Counted from the stretch's first letter, positions 28,300 through 39,003 are shown. The stretch: DNA of 64,000 nucleotides from Cyanobacteriota bacterium (GCA_046052125.1 JBJOMY010000005.1:160001-224000), one strand, 5' to 3'. The notes: generated by a model from the sequence alone, not told the origin. Numbers and translations are program-made.

Positions 28300-29749
28300 G
28301 CTCCAGGCCGAGGGCGGCATTGCTGCGCTGGCGCAGGGCCTCGAGTTGGCCCTGATCAGCGCCGAGATCCGTGCCCCACGAAGGAATCAGAGCGCGCAAC
28401 TGCTGCTGCCAGCCGCTGCTGGCAAAACGCCCCGGCCAGCAGCGCTGCAACACCTCCACCATCGTTTGCACGGCGGTGGAGGCACCGGGGGAGGCGCCAA
28501 GCAATGCCGCTAGGGAGCCATCGGCGCTGCTCACCACCTCCGTGCCCATCTGCAACACGCCGCGGCCCTCGATCTGCTTGATGATCTGCACCCGCTGGCC
28601 AGCCACCGCCAGCTCCCAATCGGCCTCACAGGCCTGGGGCAAAAACTGGCGCAAGCTCTCCATCCGCTGCTCCTGGCTCTGGAGCACCTGCCCCACCAAG
28701 TACCGCACCAGATTGAAATTGGAGGCACCGGCCTGCAGGCTCGGAAGCAGGTTGTATGGCGTCACCGATCCCGCCAGATCCCAAAGCGAGCCCTGCTTGA
28801 GGAATCGGGTGCTGAAGCCCGCATAGGGGCCAAACAGCAAAGCCCGCTGCCCATCAATCCAACGGGTGTCGAGGTGAGGCACCGACATGGGGGGTGCCCC
28901 CACGGCCGCCTTGCCGTACACCTTGGCGTTGTGGCCGGCGATCACCGCTGGGTTACGGCACACCAACCACTGGCCGCTCACCGGGAACGCACCGTATTGC
29001 CGTGCCTCCGGGATCCCCGAACGCTGCAGCAGCGGCAGCGCTCCGCCGCCGGCTCCGAGAAACACAAACGGCGCCTCGAAGCTGGCCTTAGCGCCACCGG
29101 GCAGGCGGGCCTGCACCTGCCAGGCCGAGCCAACACGCTCCAGGCCCACCACCTCATGCTGCCGGCGTACGTCGATGCCCTCGAGCAAGGCTTCGGTGAG
29201 CGAGCCGAAATTCACATCCGTGCCGCGGGCCACCCGCGTGGCCGCCAGGGGCTGATCGAGGCGGCGGCCCTCCATAACCAGCGGCATCCATTCGCGCAGC
29301 TGCGCCGAATCGCCGCTCCACTCCATGCCGGCGAACTGAGGCGTGGCCTGGAGCGCCTCCCAACGGCGGCGCAGGAAGGCCACGTTGGCCTCGCCCCACA
29401 CAAAGCTCAGGTGCGGAACCGAGCGGATGAACCCTGCCGGATCCCGCAGCGCCCCCCGCTCCACCAGCGAGCTCCAAAACTGCAGGCTCAGCTCAAAAGC
29501 GCTATTGATCGCCAAGGCCTTGCCAATCGGCACCGAGCCATCAGCGGCCTGCGGGGTGTAGTTGAGCTCGCAATTGGCTGCGTGGCCGGTGCCGGCGTTG
29601 TTCAGAGGTGCACTGCTTTCAGCGGCCGTAGCCGGCAAGCGCTCGAGCACCACCACCTCCAGGGCGGGATCGAGCTGACGCAGCAACTGGGCCAGGGTGG
29701 CGCCCATGATTCCTGCCCCCACCAGCAGGGCGTCGCAGCGATGCGTCAT
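28283..29749 (-). CDS. mqo: Malate:quinone oxidoreductase
   Basis: VGAGIMGATL, NNAGTGHAANCELNYTP, GAPPMSVPHLDTR, AGQRVQIIK, LLGASPGASTA. Confidence 0.96.
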   Translation of the reverse strand: MTHRCDALLVGAGIMGATLAQLLRQLDPALEVVVLERLPATAAESSAPLNNAGTGHAANCELNYTPQAADGSVPIGKALAINSAFELSLQFWSSLVERGALRDPAGFIRSVPHLSFVWGEANVAFLRRRWEALQATPQFAGMEWSGDSAQLREWMPLVMEGRRLDQPLAATRVARGTDVNFGSLTEALLEGIDVRRQHEVVGLERVGSAWQVQARLPGGAKASFEAPFVFLGAGGGALPLLQRSGIPEARQYGAFPVSGQWLVCRNPAVIAGHNAKVYGKAAVGAPPMSVPHLDTRWIDGQRALLFGPYAGFSTRFLKQGSLWDLAGSVTPYNLLPSLQAGASNFNLVRYLVGQVLQSQEQRMESLRQFLPQACEADWELAVAGQRVQIIKQIEGRGVLQMGTEVVSSADGSLAALLGASPGASTAVQTMVEVLQRCWPGRFASSGWQQQLRALIPSWGTDLGADQGQLEALRQRSNAALGLELSSPR

Positions 29750-29796
29750 CTCGACGGGGCATCCCTCCACAATGGAGACACTTTGCACCTGCGCGG

Positions 29797-30885
29797 ATGG
29801 GGGTTCTCACGGCCCTGGCGATCCTGGCCGGCTTGATCGTGGTGCACGAGGCGGGCCATTTCTTTGCCGCCACCTGGCAGGGCATTCGCGTGAGTGGCTT
29901 CTCCGTGGGGTTCGGGCCGGTGCTGCTCGAACGCCAGCGCCGCGGCGTGCAGTTCGCCCTGCGGGCCATCCCCCTCGGAGGCTTCGTGTCGTTCCCGGAC
30001 GACGATGAAGAGAGCACCATCCCGGCGGACGACCCCGATCTGCTGCGCAACCGCCCGATCCCCCAGCGGGCCCTAGTGATTGCCGCAGGCGTGCTCGCCA
30101 ACCTGCTGCTCGCCTGGAGCGTGCTGGTGGCTCAGGGGCTGGTTGTTGGCATTCCCGCCGGTTTCAGCACCATCCCGGGCGTGCTCGTCTCCGGTGTTCA
30201 GTCCGGCCAGGCTGCCGCCGCTGCCGGCCTTCACCCCGGCGATCGCATCCTGGCGGTGGATGGCGTGGATCTCGGCGGCGGCCAGAGCGCCGTAGCCGAG
30301 CTGGTGGAGCGGGTGAAGGGCGCCCCCGACCAAACCCTGCGCCTGCAGGCGGAACGCGGCGGCAAACAGCTCAACCTTTCGCTCACCCCTGCCGATCTCA
30401 GCGGCATCGGCCGAATCGGCGCCCAGCTGCAACCCAGCGGCACGGAAGCCTTCCGGCGCGCCAAAGGTCCAGGCGAGATCCTGCGCCAGGCCAACCACGA
30501 TTTCGGCGCCCTCACCCAGCGCACGGTGGAGGGCTTCATCACCCTGGCCACCCATTTCGGTGAAACAGCCAGCCAGGTGTCTGGTCCGGTGAAGATCGTG
30601 GAAATGGGAGCGTCGCTGGCCAAGCAGGGGGGCAGCAGCCTGTTCCTCTACACCGCGCTGATCTCGATCAACCTGGCGGTGCTGAACGCCCTGCCCCTGC
30701 CGCTGCTCGATGGTGGGCAGTTTGTGCTCTTGATGATCGAAGGGCTGCGGGGCAAACCCCTGCCGGAGAAGTTCCAGCTGGCCTTCATGCAATCGGGCTT
30801 TGTGTTCCTGGTGGGTCTCAGCCTGGTGCTGATCGTGAAGGACACCAGCCAGCTGGCGGCGGTTCAGCAGCTGCTGGGCCGTTGA
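29797..30885 (+). CDS. rseP: RIP metalloprotease RseP
   Basis: HEAGH, PDZ domain, [16 protein letters not shown]. Confidence 0.96.
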   Translation: MGVLTALAILAGLIVVHEAGHFFAATWQGIRVSGFSVGFGPVLLERQRRGVQFALRAIPLGGFVSFPDDDEESTIPADDPDLLRNRPIPQRALVIAAGVLANLLLAWSVLVAQGLVVGIPAGFSTIPGVLVSGVQSGQAAAAAGLHPGDRILAVDGVDLGGGQSAVAELVERVKGAPDQTLRLQAERGGKQLNLSLTPADLSGIGRIGAQLQPSGTEAFRRAKGPGEILRQANHDFGALTQRTVEGFITLATHFGETASQVSGPVKIVEMGASLAKQGGSSLFLYTALISINLAVLNALPLPLLDGGQFVLLMIEGLRGKPLPEKFQLAFMQSGFVFLVGLSLVLIVKDTSQLAAVQQLLGR

Positions 30886-30937
30886 GGTCACCCCGCGAGG
30901 TAGGCTCGTTCATCATTGCCCCACGAGTCCAGGCCGC

Positions 30938-31240
30938 ATGGCGAAGAAGTCGATGATTGCGCGCGACGTGAAGCGCCAGAAGATGGTTGAGCGCTTCGCT
31001 GCTAAGCGCGCCGCTCTGATGGCTGCCTTCGAAGCCGCTGCCGATCCGATGGAGCGCCTGGAAATCCACCGCAAGATCCAGGGTCTGCCCCGCAACAGCG
31101 CCAAGGTGCGCCTGCGCAACCGTTGCTGGGCCACCGGCAAGCCCCGTGGTGTGTACCGCGATTTCGGCCTGTGCCGCAACCAGCTGCGCGAGCGCGCCCA
31201 CAAAGGTGAGCTGCCCGGCGTGGTGAAGTCTTCCTGGTGA
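30938..31240 (+). CDS. rpsN: 30S ribosomal protein S14
   Basis: [13 protein letters not shown]...[19 protein letters not shown]...LPGVVKSSW. Confidence 0.99.
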   Translation: MAKKSMIARDVKRQKMVERFAAKRAALMAAFEAAADPMERLEIHRKIQGLPRNSAKVRLRNRCWATGKPRGVYRDFGLCRNQLRERAHKGELPGVVKSSW

Positions 31241-31269
31241 GTTCAGGGCTCAGTCCTGTTCTGTCGTTC

Positions 31270-31293
31270 AAAAGCGCCGCAAGGCGCTTTTTT
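31270..31293 (+). terminator. Intrinsic terminator after rpsN
   Basis: aaaagcgcc-gcaa-ggcgctttttt. Confidence 0.9.
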
Positions 31294-31479
31294 ATTGCCT
31301 AAGCAGCCAATCCATCCACCGATCCTGGCCCTGATTGGGTGGATGAAGGTTCACCACAACCCCCACGCGGAACACCCTGTCCTCAAAGAACGCTTTCCAA
31401 AGAGATTGCGGGCGTTCCCACAGCGTTCGGGGGCCAGATGCGAGAATCGCACTTGACAACAAAACAGACATAAGCCCAA

Positions 31480-33627
31480 GTGCAAGGTCACACTCAGTCG
31501 ATCTCCTTCGATGGTCGGGAGATCCGGCTGACCACCGGCCGCTTTGCCCCCCAGGCAGGCGGTTCAGTGATGGTCGAATGCGGAGATACAGCCGTTCTGG
31601 TCACCGCCACCCGCTCCGGCGGTCGTGAAGGGATCGACTTCCTGCCCCTGATCTGCGACTACGAAGAGCGCCTCTACGCCGCTGGTCGCATCCCCGGCAG
31701 CTTCATGCGCCGCGAGAGCCGTCCCCCCGAGCGCGCCACCCTGATCGCGCGCCTGATCGACCGCCCGATGCGGCCGCTCTTCCCAAGCTGGATGCGCGAC
31801 GACCTGCAGATCGTGGCCACCTGCATGTCGCTCGATGAGCGCGTCCCGCCCGATGTGCTCGCCGTGACCGGCGCTTCCCTGGCCACCCTGCTGGCCAAGA
31901 TCCCCTTCCACGGCCCAATGGCGGCCGTGCGTGTGGGCCTGCTGGGCGACGACTTCGTGCTCAACCCCAGCTACCGCGAAATCGAGCGCTCGGAGCTCGA
32001 TCTGGTGGTGGCCGGCACCCCTGAGGGCGTGATCATGGTGGAAGCGGGCGCCAACCAGCTGCCCGAGCAAGACGTGATCGAGGCCATCGACTTCGGCTAC
32101 GAAGCGGTGTGCGAACTGATCAAGGCGCAGCAGGCCCTGCTCAAGGAGCTCGGCATCGAGCAGGTGATCCCCGAAGCCAAGAGCGAAGACGACACCCTGC
32201 CCAAATTCCTCGAGAAGGAATGCGCCAAGGGCATCGGTGAGGTGCTCAAGCAATTCAGCCTCACCAAGGCCGAGCGCGATGAGCAGCTGGATGCCATCAA
32301 GGCTCAGGTGGCCGAGAAGATCGAAGCCCTCAAAGACGACGACGCCATCAAGGTGGCGGTGAGCAGCAACGGCAAAGCGCTGGGCAACAACTACAAGTCG
32401 CTCACCAAAAAGCTGATGCGCGAGCAGATCGTCAAAGACGGCAAGCGCGTCGACGGCCGCAACCTCGATGAGGTGCGTCCGATCAGTGCAGCCGCCGGCG
32501 TGCTGCCCAAGCGCGTGCACGGTTCTGGCCTGTTCCAGCGCGGCCTCACCCAGGTGCTCTCCTGCGCCACCCTCGGCACCCCGAGCGACGCTCAGGAAAT
32601 GGACGACCTCAACCCGTCCAACGAGAAGACCTACCTGCACCACTACAACTTCCCGCCCTACTCCACCGGCGAAACCAAGCCGATGCGCAGCCCCGGCCGC
32701 CGCGAAATCGGCCACGGTGCCCTGGCTGAACGGGCTCTGATCCCCGTGTTGCCCAGCAAGGAAAGCTTCCCCTACGTGCTGCGCGTGGTGTCGGAGTGCC
32801 TGAGCTCCAACGGCTCCACCTCGATGGGTTCAGTGTGCGGCAGCACCCTGGCGCTGATGGATGCCGGCGTACCCCTCAAAGCCCCCGTGAGCGGCGCCGC
32901 CATGGGCCTGATCCGCGAAGGCAAAGAAGTGCGGATCCTCACCGACATCCAGGGCATCGAGGACTTCCTCGGCGACATGGACTTCAAGGTGGCCGGCACC
33001 GAGAAGGGCATCACCGCCCTGCAGATGGACATGAAGATCACCGGTCTCGAAGTGAAAACCGTGGCCGAGGCGATCAACCAGGCCCGCCCCGCCCGTCTGC
33101 ACATCCTCGAGAAGATGCTCGAGGCGATTGAGAAGCCCCGTGAGGTGCTGAGCCCCCACGCTCCCCGCCTGCTCAGCTTCCGCATCGATCCGGAGCTGAT
33201 CGGCACCGTGATCGGCCCTGGCGGCCGCACGATCAAGGGCATCACCGAGCGCACCAACACCAAGATCGACATCGAAGATGGCGGCATCGTCACGATCGCC
33301 AGCCACGACGGTGCTGCCGCTGAAGAAGCCCAGCGCATCATCGAAGGCCTCACCCGCCGCGTGTCGGAGGGCGAAGTGTTCAGTGGCGCGGTGACCCGCG
33401 TGATCCCGATCGGCGCCTTCGTAGAAATTCTTCCCGGCAAGGAAGGCATGATCCACATCTCCCAGCTCAGCGAAGCCCGGGTGGAGAAGGTGGAAGACGT
33501 GGTGCGCGTGGGCGATCACGTGACCGTGCGCGTGCGCGAGATCGACAACCGCGGCCGCATCAACCTCACCCTGCGTGGTGTGCCTCAGGCTGAGGAGCCT
33601 GCAGCAGCTGTCAGCGTGGTGGAGTGA
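31480..33627 (+). CDS. pnp: Polyribonucleotide nucleotidyltransferase
   Basis: [41 protein letters not shown] and S1 domains. Confidence 0.99.
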   Translation: MQGHTQSISFDGREIRLTTGRFAPQAGGSVMVECGDTAVLVTATRSGGREGIDFLPLICDYEERLYAAGRIPGSFMRRESRPPERATLIARLIDRPMRPLFPSWMRDDLQIVATCMSLDERVPPDVLAVTGASLATLLAKIPFHGPMAAVRVGLLGDDFVLNPSYREIERSELDLVVAGTPEGVIMVEAGANQLPEQDVIEAIDFGYEAVCELIKAQQALLKELGIEQVIPEAKSEDDTLPKFLEKECAKGIGEVLKQFSLTKAERDEQLDAIKAQVAEKIEALKDDDAIKVAVSSNGKALGNNYKSLTKKLMREQIVKDGKRVDGRNLDEVRPISAAAGVLPKRVHGSGLFQRGLTQVLSCATLGTPSDAQEMDDLNPSNEKTYLHHYNFPPYSTGETKPMRSPGRREIGHGALAERALIPVLPSKESFPYVLRVVSECLSSNGSTSMGSVCGSTLALMDAGVPLKAPVSGAAMGLIREGKEVRILTDIQGIEDFLGDMDFKVAGTEKGITALQMDMKITGLEVKTVAEAINQARPARLHILEKMLEAIEKPREVLSPHAPRLLSFRIDPELIGTVIGPGGRTIKGITERTNTKIDIEDGGIVTIASHDGAAAEEAQRIIEGLTRRVSEGEVFSGAVTRVIPIGAFVEILPGKEGMIHISQLSEARVEKVEDVVRVGDHVTVRVREIDNRGRINLTLRGVPQAEEPAAAVSVVE

Positions 33628-33669
33628 GACCATCCGGCCCGGCGATTCCAGCCTGAATCGCTTTCACCC

Positions 33670-33694
33670 GCCGGCCCTTCGGGGCCGGCTTTTT
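33670..33694 (+). terminator. Intrinsic terminator after pnp
   Basis: gccggccc-ttcg-gggccggc-ttttt. Confidence 0.9.
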
Positions 33695-33726
33695 GATGGC
33701 AATCCGCTCTTGAGGCGGGCCTGGCC

Positions 33727-34647
33727 TCACACGGCAAAACCTGGATCAATCGTGGCCATCGCCGAGGCGGCTTTCTCACAGAGCTCGCTATGGCTGCGGC
33801 CATGGCTGGCGATCAGGCACCCGGCCTGACGAATGTCGCCGTCGTTGTAACTGAGGGCACGACCATCGGCGTGGGTGAAGGCACCGCCAGCCGCGCGGAG
33901 CACTGCCTCAGGGGCCGCCATGTCCCAATCCTTGGGAGCGCTCTTGCCCGACAGCGAGATATAGAGATCGGTTTCGCCGCGCAGGATCGTGGCCACCTTG
34001 CCGCCCACGCTGCCGATCGCTTTGGTGTCGCCCAGGGCCAGGGCCTCCAGCAGCTGCTCAAGGCGCTGATCGCGGTGGTTGCGGCTGGCCACCAGCACCA
34101 GCTCACCGAGGGCCTGGCGGGAGCTGAGGGTGGCGGGGCGCTGCTCGCCGGCGCGGTTTTCGCACCAGGCCCGCTGCTGCGGCACCAGGCCAATCCAGAG
34201 CTGCTCCATCTCCGGCAGCAACACCACACCCAACACCGGTTCACCCCGATGGGCCAAAGCCAGATGCACGGCGTATTCACCGGTGCCCTGCAGGAAATCC
34301 TTGGTGCCATCCAGGGGATCCAGGATCCACAGCCATTCGGCGTCGAGGGGCTGTCCGGCAGTGAGTTGTTCCTTGGCGGTTTCCTCGCTGAGCAGCGTCC
34401 AACCCGCATCGGGGAAGGCCTTCCCCAAGCCATCGAGGAGCCATTGATTCACGGCTAGATCCGCAGCGCTCACCGGGCCCTCACCGCCCTCATCCACGCT
34501 CAACGCCTTGGGAAAGCCATAGGGCGGTTGTTCACCGCGGCCGTAGGCCAGCAGGATGTCGGCCGCTCCCCAGCTCAAGCGACGCAGTTCCGCCAGCAGC
34601 TGCTCCTCATCGATGCCTGGAGGCATGCAAGCGGCGGCGGGCATCAT
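33727..34647 (-). CDS. cysQ: 3'(2'),5'-bisphosphate nucleotidase CysQ / inositol monophosphatase family
   Basis: LSEE, WILDPLDGTKDF, WDMAAPEA. Confidence 0.9.
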   Translation of the reverse strand: MMPAAACMPPGIDEEQLLAELRRLSWGAADILLAYGRGEQPPYGFPKALSVDEGGEGPVSAADLAVNQWLLDGLGKAFPDAGWTLLSEETAKEQLTAGQPLDAEWLWILDPLDGTKDFLQGTGEYAVHLALAHRGEPVLGVVLLPEMEQLWIGLVPQQRAWCENRAGEQRPATLSSRQALGELVLVASRNHRDQRLEQLLEALALGDTKAIGSVGGKVATILRGETDLYISLSGKSAPKDWDMAAPEAVLRAAGGAFTHADGRALSYNDGDIRQAGCLIASHGRSHSELCEKAASAMATIDPGFAV

Positions 34648-34667
34648 GGAGCTGGCAAAGGGGCATT

Positions 34668-35543
34668 GTGATGCAGGGCGCCGAACCGGCTGCAGGCGTG
34701 CTCTATCTGGTGGGAACGCCGATTGGCAACACCGGCGATCTCTCGCCGCGGGCGCGGCAAGTGCTGAGCGGCGTCGATCGCATCGCCTGCGAAGACACGC
34801 GCCACAGCGGCCTACTGCTGCACAAGCTGGGACTGCGCAGCGGCGATCAGCCAGCGCGGCTGGTGAGCTTCCACGAGCACAACCAAACCGCGCGGATCCC
34901 GGAGCTGCTGCAAGCGCTGGCGCAGGGCGAAGCGATCGCGGTGATCAGCGATGCGGGCCTTCCGGGGATTTCGGATCCAGGGGAGGCCCTGGTTGCAGCG
35001 GCCCGAGCCGAAGGGCGCACGGTGATCTGCGTTCCGGGTCCCTGTGCCGTCACCACCGCCCTGGTGAGCAGCGGTCTGCCGTCGGGTCGCTTCTGCTTCG
35101 AAGGCTTCCTGCCGCCGAAGAGCAATCAGCGCCGCGCACGGCTGCAGGAGCTGGCCAGCGAGCCCCGCACCCTCGTGCTGTTTGAAGCCCCGCACCGCTT
35201 GCTGCAGTTGCTCGAGGATCTCCTGAACGAGCTGGGCGATCGCCCGATCGCCGTGACCCGTGAGCTCACCAAGCGCCACGAGGAGCAAGTGGGGCCATCG
35301 GTGGAGGCCGCGCTCGCGCACTTCCTCCAGCACCCACCCCAAGGGGAATTCACGATCGTGCTCGGGGGTGCCAGTCACCAACCAGCGCCGGCGCAAAGCG
35401 AGGCTGACCTACGCATCGCGCTGCAGAACCTGGTGGCCTCCGGTCTGAGCCGCAGCGATGCCGCACGCCAACTGGCCCAACAGACCGGCATGGCCAGGCG
35501 CGAGCTCTACGCTCTCCTCCATAGCCCAGAGGATCCGAGCTGA
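34668..35543 (+). CDS. rsmI: 16S rRNA Cm1402 methyltransferase
   Basis: LYLVGTPIGN, CEDTR, SDAGLPGISDPG, FEAPHR, RELTK. Confidence 0.97.
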   Translation: MMQGAEPAAGVLYLVGTPIGNTGDLSPRARQVLSGVDRIACEDTRHSGLLLHKLGLRSGDQPARLVSFHEHNQTARIPELLQALAQGEAIAVISDAGLPGISDPGEALVAAARAEGRTVICVPGPCAVTTALVSSGLPSGRFCFEGFLPPKSNQRRARLQELASEPRTLVLFEAPHRLLQLLEDLLNELGDRPIAVTRELTKRHEEQVGPSVEAALAHFLQHPPQGEFTIVLGGASHQPAPAQSEADLRIALQNLVASGLSRSDAARQLAQQTGMARRELYALLHSPEDPS

Positions 35544-35782
35544 TGCTGCTGCGTCTGCGCCTGCTGTTGGCCAGCCTTGGCGGCGGTGCGCTGCTCCTGC
35601 TGATCCTCTGCCTGGGGGCGCAAAACCTGGAGCAACGAGCCAGCCTCAACCTCGGCTTTGGCCGCACGGCTCAACTCCCCACCGGCTTCCTGATGGGCGT
35701 GGCTTTGGCGATCGGCGTGATCAGCGGCGGAGCCACCACGGCGCTGCTGTTGCCGCGCAACGCTCAGGGCCGCAACGAATAG
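35543..35782 (+). CDS. Small two-TM protein (LapA/DUF1049-like)
   Basis: TGATG coupling with rsmI; LCLGAQNL...LNLGFG...LPTGF. Confidence 0.72.
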   Translation: MLLRLRLLLASLGGGALLLLILCLGAQNLEQRASLNLGFGRTAQLPTGFLMGVALAIGVISGGATTALLLPRNAQGRNE

Positions 35783-36189
35783 GTGATTGTTTCACCCGCA
35801 TTGAACTGAGGCAGGGTGCTGGCGAGCACCTTGTCTTCCGCGGTGAACTGCTCCTCCCCTTCATGGGTGCTCACCACCACCACGCCTTTGGGCTGGCTGT
35901 ATTCGTACACGTTGATGCCCGTGGAAGGCTCATAGGTGCCACGGCCGATCGTGACCAGGGGCTGCGATCCCTTGCCGCGAAACCAGGTTTCCTTGAAGGA
36001 AAACTGATTCACGCCCGTCGTCACCTGGCGCACGCTGCTGTAAGCACCGGTAGACGACAAGCCTTGCCAGCGTGAGCTTTTGGCGTTCAGGGCTGTACCG
36101 GGTGGATCCGTGCGCAACCGGCCCAGCGAGGGGTCACAGCCGCTGAGCAGCAACAACGCGGCTAGCAAGCCAGCCCAACGATGGAGCAC
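35764..36189 (-). CDS. Hypothetical lipoprotein
   Basis: Lipobox LLLSGC; beta-rich body. Confidence 0.65.
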   Translation of the reverse strand: MLHRWAGLLAALLLLSGCDPSLGRLRTDPPGTALNAKSSRWQGLSSTGAYSSVRQVTTGVNQFSFKETWFRGKGSQPLVTIGRGTYEPSTGINVYEYSQPKGVVVVSTHEGEEQFTAEDKVLASTLPQFNAGETITYSLRP

Positions 36190-36222
36190 GCCAACACCCT
36201 GCAGCGGCGCTTCTTTGCTAGC

Positions 36223-36984
36223 TCAGCTGCCCGCCAGTGCAAACAGCGAGCCACCTTCCACCACCAAACGGGTGATGCCCTGGGCCACCAGATACGAGGA
36301 GCGCCGCTCGAGCACGCCGGCATCAGGCACCTTGATCACCCGCTGTGTGCGGCCGCATTGGCGCTTGGCCTGGCGGGGGTTGGTGAACAGCATCAAGGCC
36401 TGGCGCTCCTGCTCGTCCTCGGGCAAGGTGCCGAGCTCGGGGAACTCGCGCAGGGGCTTGGCCTGGAGCTCCACCGTCTTGTCCACCAACATGTAAACGC
36501 TGGCTGGAAGAACCCCAGGGATCAGCGGTTGGGCCTCCAGCACAACACCCGGAGCGATCGCCGCGGCCGGCAGGGCTGAAGCGTCGTCGACCTCAGCGTC
36601 GTCGAGGGTGTCGGCGTCGTCGAGGCCGTCTTCGGCGAAGTCATCGGCATCGTCGATCGCGAGCTCGCTCTGCTCGGCATCAACGGCACGGTCGCCGTCG
36701 GCGTCTGCTGGAGGATCAACCTCGGCAGCAGCCACAGCAAGCGGAGCTGCAGCCAGCGGGGGGTCGGCCGGCTCAACCGGCTCCGGTGCATCAGTGCTGC
36801 GGCCGCGCGACTGGCGCTTGATCGAGGCCATCTCCTCGGGATCAAGCGCCGCCTTGAGCACCCGGCTCACCGTGTTGGGGCTGCAGCCATAGGCCGCAGC
36901 AAGGGCCTGTGCGGTCTCACCCTGGCGATAGCGAGCCACCAACTCCTCTTTCTGGCTGTCGTTAAGCCGTGGAGCGGCCATCAA
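36223..36984 (-). CDS. Conserved cyanobacterial HTH protein
   Basis: N-terminal HTH (ELVARYRQGETAQALAAAYGCSPNTVSRVLK), acidic linker, conserved YMLVDKTVEL...KVPD. Confidence 0.82.
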   Translation of the reverse strand: MMAAPRLNDSQKEELVARYRQGETAQALAAAYGCSPNTVSRVLKAALDPEEMASIKRQSRGRSTDAPEPVEPADPPLAAAPLAVAAAEVDPPADADGDRAVDAEQSELAIDDADDFAEDGLDDADTLDDAEVDDASALPAAAIAPGVVLEAQPLIPGVLPASVYMLVDKTVELQAKPLREFPELGTLPEDEQERQALMLFTNPRQAKRQCGRTQRVIKVPDAGVLERRSSYLVAQGITRLVVEGGSLFALAGS

Positions 36985-37064
36985 GCAAGGGTTCGCAGCA
37001 CACCACCATAGAAGCCGTCAGCCGCTGCGTCGCCCAGCCTCTACTGCAACAATGCCTGGCATCA

Positions 37065-37138
37065 GCTCCCTTAGCTCAGCTGGATAGAGCAGCTGCCTTC
37101 TAAGCAGCCGGTCGTTGGTTCGAGTCCAACAGGGGGCG
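37065..37138 (+). tRNA. tRNA-Arg(TCT)
   Basis: GCTCCCT TAGCTCAGCTGGATAGAGC A GCTGC CT-TCT-AA GCAGC ... GTTGGTTCGAGTCCAAC AGGGGGC G. Confidence 0.96.
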
Positions 37139-37140
37139 TT

Positions 37141-38139
37141 TCAGAGCCGGGCAGCGCTCATCCACTCGGCGCGTGGATCGGTGCTGCGCGCAGCCCGGAG
37201 TTGCTCGAGCAACTGTTTTTCCTGATCGCTGTAGCTGGCGGGCTGCTTGAGGCTGAGGCTCAGCAGGAGATCTCCGCGGCCGGCCTTACCCGGCCAGCCC
37301 TTGCCCTTCAGCCGCAGACTGCGGCCCACGGCCATCGCCGGAGGCACGCTGACCGTGGCTTCGCCATCGGGGGTGGCCACGCGCACCTCGCCGCCGAGGG
37401 CCAGCTCATCGAGGCTGAGGGGAAGATCCGCTTTCAACTGATCGCCCTCGAGGCTCCACACCGGGTGATCCTGCAACTGCAGGTTGAGGTAGAGATCCCC
37501 GCGGCGGCCAGTGCCGGGCTGCAGGTTGCCCTTGCCCTTGAGCCGCAGGCGACTGCCGGGCTTCACACCGGCGGGAATGCGCACCTGCACCCGTTCGTCG
37601 TTCACCGCCAAGGTGCGCTCGCAACCGCGAAACGCTTCTGAGAAGGAAAGGCTGATGCTCGCTTCGGCATCCAGGTTGGGAGCAGGGGCGCGGCCGCCAG
37701 CACCGGCGAAGCCACCGCCTGGGAAGCCACTGCTGGCAAATCCACCGGGGAAACCAGAGCCAAAGCCACCGAATCCACCCGGCGCACCACCGAAGCCAGC
37801 GCCCCCGGGGCCGCCAAAGCGACCCAGCAGGTCATTGATGAAGTCGTCGAAGTTGCCGTAGCGGCCGAAATCAACATCCATGCCGGCCGGCCCTCCGCCG
37901 CCGGCCTGACTCCAGTACTGGCCGAACTGCTCGTAGCGCTTGCGCTTATCGGGATCGGAGAGCACCTCATAGGCCTCGCTGATCTCCTTGAACTTCGCCT
38001 CGGCGCCCTGATCGCCGGGATTCACATCCGGGTGGTATTGACGAGCCAGTTTGCGGAAGGCGCGCTTCACGGTGTCGGCATCGGCGCTGCGATCGATCCC
38101 CAGCACCTTGAAGTAATCGCGATATCCGTTGGCGCTCAT
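37141..38139 (-). CDS. DnaJ-family (CbpA-like) co-chaperone without zinc finger
   Basis: J domain with HPD, G/F-rich region, DnaJ C-terminal domain. Confidence 0.95.
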   Translation of the reverse strand: MSANGYRDYFKVLGIDRSADADTVKRAFRKLARQYHPDVNPGDQGAEAKFKEISEAYEVLSDPDKRKRYEQFGQYWSQAGGGGPAGMDVDFGRYGNFDDFINDLLGRFGGPGGAGFGGAPGGFGGFGSGFPGGFASSGFPGGGFAGAGGRAPAPNLDAEASISLSFSEAFRGCERTLAVNDERVQVRIPAGVKPGSRLRLKGKGNLQPGTGRRGDLYLNLQLQDHPVWSLEGDQLKADLPLSLDELALGGEVRVATPDGEATVSVPPAMAVGRSLRLKGKGWPGKAGRGDLLLSLSLKQPASYSDQEKQLLEQLRAARSTDPRAEWMSAARL

Positions 38140-38271
38140 CGCAGCTGCTGGGGAAAAGCGTGACCGGCCCGATCAGTCTCCCAGCAGCGAGGGGCCGCCA
38201 TGGCAACGGCACGGGGCGGAAGCCCGAACGGCCCATCACACCTAGGGTCGTTGGCAGCGATGCATGGCGTG

Positions 38272-38706
38272 ATGACGATCACGACTCAACGAGCCCAAGG
38301 CCCCTGGCGATCGCTGCCCATCCTGTTGAGCCTGCTGGCGGCGGGATGGATCGCAGCACTACCTGCGGCACAAGCAGCTGAGAACAGCAGCGCCGGCGCA
38401 GCAGCCACCACGATCCCGGCGTCCACCAACCGGCAGAAAGAGCTGGCCAAGCACCTCAAGCTCAAAGGCGCGGTGCTCTACGGAGCTTGGTGGTGCCCCC
38501 ACTGCACCCACCAGAAGGAGCTGTTCGGCGTTGAGGCGATCGAACTGCTTCCTTACGTGGAGTGCGACAAAGATGACGCCGGCAGAGCGCGCTGCCAAAA
38601 GGCCCAGGTGAGGGCCTACCCCACCTGGGAACTCAACGGTGAGCAACGGGTCGGTGTGCTCAGCCTGAAGGAACTGGAGATCTGGAGCGGCTACGGCAAC
38701 CGCTGA
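38272..38706 (+). CDS. Exported thioredoxin-like protein (resembles the Trx domain of cyanobacterial VKOR fusions)
   Basis: Signal peptide; YGAWWCPHC..QKELFG, YVECD, YPTWE. Confidence 0.85.
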   Translation: MTITTQRAQGPWRSLPILLSLLAAGWIAALPAAQAAENSSAGAAATTIPASTNRQKELAKHLKLKGAVLYGAWWCPHCTHQKELFGVEAIELLPYVECDKDDAGRARCQKAQVRAYPTWELNGEQRVGVLSLKELEIWSGYGNR

Positions 38707-38715
38707 ACCCAGCGA

Positions 38716-38970
38716 TCAATCTTCTTCGGTGGCACCGAAGCAATGCATCAGGGCATCGCCCCAGCTGTTGATGCCCTTGAGCTCGTGATCGCTCGCGCCA
38801 CTGAGCACCTCACCATGGGCGCGCAGCACGGAGGCTTTGTCCACGCTGTGACCGTGGGAGGCGGCCAGATCCACGATGTCGTCCATGCCGGTGGCGGCAT
38901 GCAGCTTCTGGCGGAGGCCTTCGTCGGTGTTCGCTTTGGCGAGGAAAGCCTTCAGATCAGCAACGGACAC
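38716..38970 (-). CDS. Nif11-like leader peptide family protein
   Basis: MS..DLKAFLAKANTDEGLRQKL..A...DDIVDLAASHG; SDHELKG motif. Confidence 0.82.
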   Translation of the reverse strand: MSVADLKAFLAKANTDEGLRQKLHAATGMDDIVDLAASHGHSVDKASVLRAHGEVLSGASDHELKGINSWGDALMHCFGATEED

Positions 38971-39003
38971 AACGACAAGGCAGAGATCTAGGCAGCGATG
39001 CTG

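Noticed and set aside
36200..36225. Possible target duplication flanking the lipoprotein gene (cggcgcttctttgc vs cggcgctgctgttgc near 35739)
   Set aside because: Too short and gapped to distinguish from chance in GC-rich DNA.
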